Assembly: GCA_963662405.2 (NCBI GenBank)
Contig: CAXXKT010000001.1
Coordinates: forward strand, 2,656,001-2,720,000
Direction of reading: 5' to 3'
Length of the DNA: 64,000 nucleotides
Origin: Syntrophales bacterium
GTDB taxonomy: Bacteria > Desulfobacterota > Syntrophia > Syntrophales > UBA2210
Position numbers and translations under genes: made by a program. Shown piece after piece: positions 18,546 through 25,995 of this stretch; the stretch's first letter is position 1, and each line of letters begins with the position of its first letter. The notes below the pieces were generated by a model. That model made no database searches. It was not told the origin of the DNA and saw only the letters and a program-made list of their open reading frames with translations.

Positions 18546-19103
18546 ATGCCTCTAAATCATACATCTCAGTTTTCTGAATTAACAGACAAGCAATTTAACC
18601 TAATTGGCAAAATTGTGGTTGAATGGGCCAATGTCGAATTTATGCAAAAACTAATATTAAGCAGGCTTCTATTTTCGGCGGAATTCATTAGTCGGACATA
18701 TACAGATCGAATGAGTGCCGTGAGGATTCAGGACGCAATAAAGGAATCCGTTGATCTTCATCGTCACAGATACTGCGGAGAGATCATAAGTGAAGACATA
18801 TTGTCTGAAATTGAAAAAGTGAATAATGAAGTTCATGATGCAAGAGCACATAGAAATAGATTCGCACACTTTTGCTGGACTCGTAACACAGATGAAGAAA
18901 TTTTTGGTACAAATTTTTCTGCAGGTTTACCAGGTAGCAAAAAATATAGAAAATCCGACATTGTTATAACGAACAAAGAGTTGGAACAGCTCTATAAGGA
19001 ATCATATAATTTGGTGGATAAAATCAATCAACTCATTGAGAAGCTTCCAGAGATTGAGGAAGATGATTTAACAAAAAGACCAAAAACCGAACAACGGCAT
19101 TAA
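18546..19103 (+). CDS. Cassette 6: HEPN-like helical protein
   Basis: IGKIVVEWANVE; HRNRFAH (RxxxxH). Confidence 0.65.
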   Translation: MPLNHTSQFSELTDKQFNLIGKIVVEWANVEFMQKLILSRLLFSAEFISRTYTDRMSAVRIQDAIKESVDLHRHRYCGEIISEDILSEIEKVNNEVHDARAHRNRFAHFCWTRNTDEEIFGTNFSAGLPGSKKYRKSDIVITNKELEQLYKESYNLVDKINQLIEKLPEIEEDDLTKRPKTEQRH

Positions 19104-19148
19104 GGGAGGCGGCACAAAAGCCGCCGCGCCTTATGCCGGGCGTTCGAC
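19086..19148 (+). repeat. attC site 6 (63 bp)
   Basis: ACCGAAC...CGGCATTAAGG/CCTTATGCCG...GTTCGAC; AAACCGAAC exactly complements the cassette start GTTCGGTTT. Confidence 0.88.
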
Positions 19149-19163
19149 ACTATAGGAGAAACG

Positions 19164-20723
19164 ATGAAAACTCTAAAATTACGAGATCTTCAGATAGGTA
19201 ATATTGATGCAAAAAATGAGCTTCTCACTGGTTCAGAACAAGAAATTGATTTTTTCCGCAAGGGCTTCTGTCTTCCACCTAATATAGTGCTCCAGGATTT
19301 TTTAGGTTCAAAAAAATATTATGTGACAGGCTTAAAGGGAATCGGAAAAACAGCACTCTTAAGATATATAGCACTTGAAGCTGAAAGACAGTTTGGTGCC
19401 ACATGTTCATTTATCTTGTTTAAGAGCGATGTAAAAGAGCAAGATCGTAAAGACATCTGTCGCGTCGCTAGGGCCGAATTAATTGAAAAAAATCTCGAAG
19501 ATTATGATGGAAATGATTTTGAAGTTGTTTGGAAATGGTTTTTGCATAGAAAGATAGTTGATACTATTCGAGAATGTAATTTAAAGTTATTTCAAGATGA
19601 CGACAATTTTAGAAAATATGAGAAGTGTGTAACCGCTCCAAAACTTGATGAAAAATCATCCGGGATTAAACGACTAATACCCAACCTAAAAAAGGGTTCT
19701 ATAGAAATTAGTGAAAATCCGAAGATTGGTTTGGATTTTGATTGGGAGGATAAAGGTAAAACTCGTGTTAAGTTTCATAGTCTAACCAAACAAGCTGATC
19801 AACTTTTTCAGGAATTAAGGCCAGCAGATGGACACCTTCGTCTGTTTTTAGATGAATTGGAATTAAGCTTAGGCTCCCAAAAACAGTATAAAAGAGATGC
19901 AACCCTGATCAGAGATTTGATTATAGCTGTTGAGCAAATCAATTCAGTTGCAAAAAAAATGAGATATAACTTAACCATCTATGCTGGAATTCGTTCTGAA
20001 GTTCTTTCCGCAATTGAATCAGTCGGTAAAGAAATAAACAAAATTATTGGTGATTTCGGAAGCCAAATTGTATGGCATCAGTCCGGTTCTGATAATGAAA
20101 ACCACCCGTTGCTCAACATCATTGTTCAGAGAATATCTATCTCGGAAAACACTAATAAATCAGAGCGTGGCAACCTAAAATCTATAATTTGGAATAAATA
20201 TTTTCCAATATCAATTCAGGGAATTAAGTCCGAGAAATATATCCTTCACAATTCATGGTATCGACCTAGGGATATGGTTCGACTTCTTAATCTGGCAAGG
20301 GATCAATTCCCTGATGTAAGTGGGTTCACTCAAAGAGTTTTCGATGGAACACGAAAGCAATACAGTCAAGAAAGCTGGATAGAATTAGCAGAGGAATTAA
20401 GTGTCAAATATTCTCAACAAGAATTAGTCGCCATTCAACAGATATTCAATGGATATAAAAGAGAATTTTCTTTTATAGACCTTCAGGGTCATATCGAAAA
20501 AAGGCGGAAATTATATCCTGCTGTTGATAAGGCTCTGGTATCACATGCAATTGGCGAAATATTAACTGATTTATACAATATTGGATTTGTAGGTAATGTA
20601 ATTTACTCGGGTAGGAGAGGAATTAGTCCTAAAATGCGCTTTAGCTTTAGAGGTGATCCCAATTTGATTATAGAAGAAAAGATCACTGTACATAAAGGTT
20701 TGTATTCCTTTTTTACATTATGA
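19164..20723 (+). CDS. Cassette 7: P-loop ATPase (Sll1717/FunZ-like)
   Basis: IGNIDAKNE, GLKGIGKT Walker A, LFLDELE Walker B, RPRD. Confidence 0.75.
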   Translation: MKTLKLRDLQIGNIDAKNELLTGSEQEIDFFRKGFCLPPNIVLQDFLGSKKYYVTGLKGIGKTALLRYIALEAERQFGATCSFILFKSDVKEQDRKDICRVARAELIEKNLEDYDGNDFEVVWKWFLHRKIVDTIRECNLKLFQDDDNFRKYEKCVTAPKLDEKSSGIKRLIPNLKKGSIEISENPKIGLDFDWEDKGKTRVKFHSLTKQADQLFQELRPADGHLRLFLDELELSLGSQKQYKRDATLIRDLIIAVEQINSVAKKMRYNLTIYAGIRSEVLSAIESVGKEINKIIGDFGSQIVWHQSGSDNENHPLLNIIVQRISISENTNKSERGNLKSIIWNKYFPISIQGIKSEKYILHNSWYRPRDMVRLLNLARDQFPDVSGFTQRVFDGTRKQYSQESWIELAEELSVKYSQQELVAIQQIFNGYKREFSFIDLQGHIEKRRKLYPAVDKALVSHAIGEILTDLYNIGFVGNVIYSGRRGISPKMRFSFRGDPNLIIEEKITVHKGLYSFFTL

Positions 20724-20734
20724 GTGTAAAAAAT

Positions 20735-20807
20735 GTCGAACATCAGCTTGGAGAAGGATACTCATTACGCTGCGCTTCATTCGCACCTCTCAAGCTGGGC
20801 GTGAGAT
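20735..20807 (+). repeat. attC site 7 (73 bp; core GTG instead of GTT)
   Basis: GTCGAAC-ATCAGCTTGGAGAAGG...CCTCTCAAGCTGGGC-GTGAGAT. Confidence 0.85.
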
Positions 20808-20820
20808 TTCGGAGGAAGAT

Positions 20821-21150
20821 ATGGCACTACCTAGCTATAAGGATATCGTCGAACTCCTTAAGAAGGGAGCAACGATTGAGGCTCAAGAAAAGATTATGGA
20901 GCTCCGCGAAGCAGCTCTTGCGCTTCAAGAGGAGAACATTAATTTAAAAAACAAGGTCTTGGAGCTCCAGGGAAAAGTTCGTAAATTAGAATCATTTGAA
21001 GGTGAGCCATGTCCTAAATGTCGAAAACCAGCTTGGGTTGTGGAGTCAAGCAAGCCGGACAGTACGCTTGGTGACCTAGGTGTTATCCGTCGAGTTTATC
21101 GCTGCACTGAATGCGGGTTCTCCGAATCACAATTGGTGACGCCAAAATGA
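20821..21150 (+). CDS. Cassette 8: small coiled-coil + Zn-ribbon protein
   Basis: AQEKIMELREAALALQEEN; CPKC...CTEC; RBS GGAGG. Confidence 0.75.
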   Translation: MALPSYKDIVELLKKGATIEAQEKIMELREAALALQEENINLKNKVLELQGKVRKLESFEGEPCPKCRKPAWVVESSKPDSTLGDLGVIRRVYRCTECGFSESQLVTPK

Positions 21151-21151
21151 A

Positions 21152-21214
21152 ATCTAACCCCACGGTCAATCGGGACGCGCCAAAAGCGGCGCGCCCCTTA
21201 CCTTCACGTTAGGC
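21152..21214 (+). repeat. attC site 8 (63 bp)
   Basis: ATCTAAC...GGGACGCGCC/GGCGCGCCCC...GTTAGGC. Confidence 0.85.
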
Positions 21215-21439
21215 TAAATTTTAAGTCTCATGCAATTATTACTTAATGTTAGCGTATTTTGACCCGATTATGCGAATCCAGTTTGTCGGTTACAATTGAA
21301 ATGGCAATGATCACACGGTTATTGTTGCCGCCGTGGCATGCCTTGCTGTTTGGCAATTTTTGGATAAGCAGGAAAAGGCAACCGTCACAGATGGTGGGCA
21401 ATAATCGATAAAATAGCGTATAGCCAAGCTTGGCGGAAT

Positions 21440-23935
21440 ATGAGTAACGATTTAATAAGAAACAACCATTACGTCCCTATTTGGTATCAAAAGAATTTCT
21501 TATCTTCAAAGAAAGCGGCTTTCCATTACCTCAACCTTTATCCGGATAAAATTGAATTACCTAACGGCAAAGTAAATTTTAAAAATCAGATATGTTGGCC
21601 ATTCTCTCCTAAACAGTGTTTCTATCAAACTGATTTATACACGACTTCTTTTCTGGGTTATCGAAACGACGAAATCGAACGTTACCTTTTTGGTAAAATA
21701 GATAGCGATGGATCAATAGCCATTAAAGCATTAATGGACCTGAATTATCGTTTATTCCATGACTACTTTCTCAAAGTTTTTGAATACATGGATATTCAAA
21801 AGCTTAGAACACCCAAAGGACTAACATGGTTAAGTCAAAAGTTTTCAATGATTACCCATAATCAGCTTTTGTTTGAGATGCAGAAGATACGAAGGCTGCA
21901 TTGTACATTATGGGCAGAAGCTGTGAAAGAAATTGTTTTGGCCAATAATTCCAAGATAAAGTTTATCGTGTCCGACCATCCAGTGACAGTCTATAATGCG
22001 GCTTGTCCGCCCAACTCAACTGAATGCAAATATCCAAACGACCCTAGAATTGAAATGCAGGGAACACAAACGATTTTCCCTCTGGATTCCAATCGATGTC
22101 TAATTTTAACAAATTTGGATTATGCTAAAAACCCCAGTTTGCAGAACCTTAAAAAATATAGACCAAATCCAAATCCTTTTCGAAACACAATGATCAGATA
22201 TGATAACATCATTAATGAGAGAGAATTATCAGAAGATGATGTTGCGCATATCAACTGGATAATTAAGTCTCGCGCATCACAATATTTAGCTGCCGAAGAA
22301 AAGGAGTGGCTATTCCCAGAAAACAGGGTTTGTCCCGATTGGGCCAAATGCGGTCAAGTGCTAATACCTCCCAGTAATAAGCTTTATAAATTTGGAGGTG
22401 AGATATACGTTGGATACGAAGATGGTTCATCTGCATACTTTGACCAATATGGACGAAGAGAACCAGAATCGGAATTTTTAAGGAAAAAGCAAAAAGCTGG
22501 AAAAATAGGAGCAAATGACCCTTGCCCATGCGGAAGCGGAAAAAAATATAAGAAATGTTGCAGAGATAAACCTGTTGATGAACGGCCCGCCAGTGACGTT
22601 CTAAGTATTCGTGAGCGCAACCTATTTTTTCTCGACATCGTTACAGGAATTTTGGGGGTGAATAGGAGCGGAGACTTAGACTGGGATGAGCTACGTAGAA
22701 ATTTAACCAATGAAAAAATTGCAGAGATATATAAGGCGGTCGCAGCATTATGGCCGCCATCTACTGATTTATTTGCACTTCTCCCAAGACCAGACTCTAA
22801 TGTCCTGAGAGCTTTGTTTACAGGTATAATTGACCCACGTGTGACGTATATAAGCATGGCCTGTTTTTCCTTTTATGCAGACGAGATTTTAGTTCAAAGT
22901 CCTTTTGCAAACCCACACAACATGAGGGAAGAATTTAATCCTATAAAAAACCCTGGGAAATATAGGGATGAAACAATAAAAAACCTGTTTTTCTTATTTT
23001 TAATAATTCCGTGGATTGAAATTGGCGTGATTAATTTATTCCCAGACCCGTGGAATTTTAATTTCGCATTGATGGAGACCGTTATGGAGGCAGCTGAAAA
23101 AAGGAAAGATTCGATAACCTTCGATGAAAAATCATTCAAACAAATGGAAAAATTGTTCTTTGAAGACTATAAACGAACTTTATTCACAATGCCGGATAAA
23201 AACCTTCGGGCTTTTATTCGCCATACATCTCAAGACCTCTCAGAAGAAGAAATATCTAAGCTTATCGAATATACTAAACGAATGAATGCTCAAGATCCGC
23301 TTGTGGATCTGAATCCTGATAAGCCAGGAAAAGAATCAAGCCAGATGCTAATATCACGCACAACTCCAAACATGGAAATGACAATGCTTCTGGCACAAGC
23401 AACTGGTTCAATGATAATAACAGACAATTCTTTCAGGTGGTTTGAAATATGCTCATCAATTCCTTACTACTATGGCCTCAGCAAAAACCCCTGGGCTAAA
23501 TTTGAAACCTTCGCATCTGATTATCCTGTTCAGTTTCCATTGATCGTTGAACAACTATCCCACATGCAGGAGCTAAAGAAATCAGAATTCATGTCTGTAA
23601 AGAGGGTGCTAAAACGATTGTGGAATTCCATTAATGCGGATCAGGCACCAGATAATGCTCAGATTGATCATTTGCAAGAGGAGTTTGATATCGCTCAAGA
23701 GGTAATGTCTAAATCAATCGAAAAATTGGTCCAAAAAGGTGAAAAGGCTACCGACACATCTCCTTACCCAAGGCCAATGAACATAGACGCAAAATTGAGT
23801 TGCAAAATATCACCGATTGGGCATATCAATAATTTGGTATATCGATTATTGATAAGCTATGCGGGACATGATAAGTACCTTAAATCGCTTCCATTGTCTC
23901 TGTATGTAGAATATGGAAACAAGGAGAGAGCCTAA
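21440..23935 (+). CDS. Cassette 9: DUF4238 + SEC-C motif protein (831 aa)
   Basis: NHYVPIWYQKNF, FIVSDHPV, IFPLDS; KIGANDPCPCGSGKKYKKCC. Confidence 0.82.
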   Translation: MSNDLIRNNHYVPIWYQKNFLSSKKAAFHYLNLYPDKIELPNGKVNFKNQICWPFSPKQCFYQTDLYTTSFLGYRNDEIERYLFGKIDSDGSIAIKALMDLNYRLFHDYFLKVFEYMDIQKLRTPKGLTWLSQKFSMITHNQLLFEMQKIRRLHCTLWAEAVKEIVLANNSKIKFIVSDHPVTVYNAACPPNSTECKYPNDPRIEMQGTQTIFPLDSNRCLILTNLDYAKNPSLQNLKKYRPNPNPFRNTMIRYDNIINERELSEDDVAHINWIIKSRASQYLAAEEKEWLFPENRVCPDWAKCGQVLIPPSNKLYKFGGEIYVGYEDGSSAYFDQYGRREPESEFLRKKQKAGKIGANDPCPCGSGKKYKKCCRDKPVDERPASDVLSIRERNLFFLDIVTGILGVNRSGDLDWDELRRNLTNEKIAEIYKAVAALWPPSTDLFALLPRPDSNVLRALFTGIIDPRVTYISMACFSFYADEILVQSPFANPHNMREEFNPIKNPGKYRDETIKNLFFLFLIIPWIEIGVINLFPDPWNFNFALMETVMEAAEKRKDSITFDEKSFKQMEKLFFEDYKRTLFTMPDKNLRAFIRHTSQDLSEEEISKLIEYTKRMNAQDPLVDLNPDKPGKESSQMLISRTTPNMEMTMLLAQATGSMIITDNSFRWFEICSSIPYYYGLSKNPWAKFETFASDYPVQFPLIVEQLSHMQELKKSEFMSVKRVLKRLWNSINADQAPDNAQIDHLQEEFDIAQEVMSKSIEKLVQKGEKATDTSPYPRPMNIDAKLSCKISPIGHINNLVYRLLISYAGHDKYLKSLPLSLYVEYGNKERA

Positions 23936-24002
23936 CATCAGCTTGGAGAAGGATACTCATTTCGCTGCGCTCCACTCGCACCTCTCAAGCTGCGCGTTAC
24001 TG
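23930..24002 (+). repeat. attC site 9 (73 bp), last of array 2; near-identical to attC7
   Basis: GCCTAAC...GTTACTG; AGCCTAAC complements the cassette start GTTAGGCT. Confidence 0.88.
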
Positions 24003-24087
24003 ATTACGAAAAGAAATATACTATCATTCGGTCCCAATTGGTTCCCTTGAGTACAGGAAGCAGTGCTTGCCATACTTTCCACTCTCA

Positions 24088-24213
24088 CTACCCCCTTCCC
24101 ACCAGACCATCAAACAGCCCCTTCACCCTGGGCCTCAACGCCTCATACTCTTCCAGGAAAAATTCTTTCTTCGTCTTCCCTAGGTAGCGACCCTTCTTCG
24201 TGTGAATGTCGAA
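24088..24213 (-). pseudogene. Possible 3' remnant of a protein-coding gene
   Basis: FDIHTKKGRYLGKTKKEFFLEEYEALRPRVKGLFDGLVGRG*; no start found. Confidence 0.35.
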
Positions 24214-24476
24214 TGGCTGCGGTTATCTGGTATTTTTCCAACAAGATTAAAGCTCACCTGAGAGGAAACCCAACGCCGCCGTGTCTACCGCTCAGAATTG
24301 CTCAGGTTGTGACAAAATGAAAAACGAGGGGGAAGATATCAGTTCCATGGGTAAAAGTCTTAGAGGGCCTCTTTTTCGAAAAATCCTAAACCGGGGACAC
24401 CCCCCGGGGACGGGAAAGGAGCGGGTGGGTTGTTTCCCCATTGTAGCGCCCCCGGGGGAGTATCCTTCCGGCAATA

Positions 24477-25016
24477 TCAGAAGGGCCTTATCCGGTTCAT
24501 AATCTCCTTGCTTTCAAGATACATCATATTGTCCCGTGTAACCGGAACATTCATTTCCCGGCCAACATCACGAATCGCATTTTCGATCGCGATGATTTCA
24601 GCACCAAGATCGTCAAGGCGCCGATTAAAAATCTCCTCTTGGGATCGCCGATACCTCGCGACTATTGTGTGAAGATCCCGTTTTAGATCCTCTTCAATCG
24701 GGTTGGCCTGTGTTTCCAGATCGGGGAGAATATCGTCTGATATTTCAGTAACCCACCGTTCCACACTTTGGAGACTTGCTGTTAGGCGTATCTCTTCCTG
24801 ATGCAAAGCCTCCGGATCGTTACCTTTGAGGATTGCATTTTTCATTTCGCCACGAACCTTCCTCAGCTCTTCCGTCAGTGCTTTCTTCTTTGCCTCAGCT
24901 TCTGCCAGATGCTTCCGTGCATTGCCTTCCTGCTTCCTCAGGCTTTCCCGCGTTTTGAGAAGGTTGTTAAATTCCTTATTCCCACCGATGATCTCTTTCA
25001 ATTTGTTTTGGTTCAT
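24477..25016 (-). CDS. Coiled-coil hypothetical protein (satellite late module)
   Basis: RBS AAGGAG; heptad-rich. Confidence 0.7.
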   Translation of the reverse strand: MNQNKLKEIIGGNKEFNNLLKTRESLRKQEGNARKHLAEAEAKKKALTEELRKVRGEMKNAILKGNDPEALHQEEIRLTASLQSVERWVTEISDDILPDLETQANPIEEDLKRDLHTIVARYRRSQEEIFNRRLDDLGAEIIAIENAIRDVGREMNVPVTRDNMMYLESKEIMNRIRPF

Positions 25017-25047
25017 GTGTCATTGCTCCTTTAATTTAGTAGTTTGA

Positions 25048-25326
25048 TTATTTAGCCGCTACGGCCATGTTGTGCTGATCGTGATACTTCTCAAAAACGA
25101 GCGGGAGCACATCTTCCCCGCCGGCGGCGATCCGGTCTTGATACTTTGCATACAGTCCGGGATATCGCTTCCGGGCTTCAAGAAGGGCATCTTGCCGGGA
25201 CATACCCCGTCCGTAAAAATGCCCAACGGCGATTTCATAGAATTCATGTTCTCCGCCCTGAACTTTCCATTTCTGGTACATCTCCTTGACTGCTTCGTTT
25301 AGTGTATTCCTTTCCCTGTCATTCAT
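25048..25326 (-). CDS. Hypothetical protein (92 aa)
   Basis: RBS GGAGGT before ATG 25326. Confidence 0.65.
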   Translation of the reverse strand: MNDRERNTLNEAVKEMYQKWKVQGGEHEFYEIAVGHFYGRGMSRQDALLEARKRYPGLYAKYQDRIAAGGEDVLPLVFEKYHDQHNMAVAAK

Positions 25327-25340
25327 GTCTCTCCACCTCC

Positions 25341-25721
25341 TTAAGGGTTTATGTGCTCTCGAATTAAGGCCGCTATAACGCGGGACAAATCTTGATAGTC
25401 CTGGTTTTCTTTTTGAAAGGTTTGCACCTCCGGCAATAGAGCGCTGGCATCTCTGTACTTTTTCGGATTCAAATGCTGTGCAAATGCAATACAAATTCCC
25501 GCGTTGTATGAGGTAAGCAACCCGTGGATCTCATCGGGTGGGTTTGTTTTGTAATTTTGAAGCCAATCCCAGCATTCATCAGGGTCAAAAAGCCATGCAA
25601 CACCGCGGCCTCCTTTAACCCGGTACGGCATGCCCGCCCGGAGATATCTGTTAAGCGTGAACATGGAACATTCCAGTTCGTCGCACAAATGCTGCTTGTT
25701 CATTAACCCTTCAGTTTCCAT
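25341..25721 (-). CDS. Terminase small subunit-like (lambda Nu1-type winged HTH)
   Basis: MNKQHLCDELECSMFTLNRYLRAGMPYRVKGGRGVAWLFDPDECWDW resembles the Nu1 N-terminus; directly downstream of the cos-like site. Confidence 0.65.
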   Translation of the reverse strand: METEGLMNKQHLCDELECSMFTLNRYLRAGMPYRVKGGRGVAWLFDPDECWDWLQNYKTNPPDEIHGLLTSYNAGICIAFAQHLNPKKYRDASALLPEVQTFQKENQDYQDLSRVIAALIREHINP

Positions 25722-25844
25722 GAGAAGTAAGCTCCTTTCCCTCTGTGATTTTTTCAGACGCGAGGTTTCCAGGGAAAAAATGTTTTTTTATCCCCCCACA
25801 GATATTATGATTTGCAAGGGGTTAAAAATTGTTCTGTACCTAGG

Positions 25845-25902
25845 TGAAAATCGGGGGTCTGTGCTCCGTATAGGACCCCTTATCCCAGGAAGGACCCGTA
25901 AA
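25845..25902 (-). other. Lambda-like cos site of island B
   Basis: Minus strand TTTACGGGTCCTT (13 nt identical to the lambda cosQ context); GGGTCCT-N20-TACG-GAGCACAGACCC-CCGATTTTC. Confidence 0.7.
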
Positions 25903-25995
25903 ATAATGACCCGACAATTCTGATTGTGAAACCCATGCAAAAAGCCCCGGCAGCGTACAGAAGTAGTTCAATCGCTGTTTTCATTTTTCCCCCAC

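Noticed and set aside
20720..20947. 75-aa ORF after the ATPase
   Set aside because: Reads through attC7 and overlaps cassette 8 out of frame
13272..24002. CRISPR array
   Set aside because: Repeats are separated by whole genes, vary in length and have attC ends; no cas genes are present
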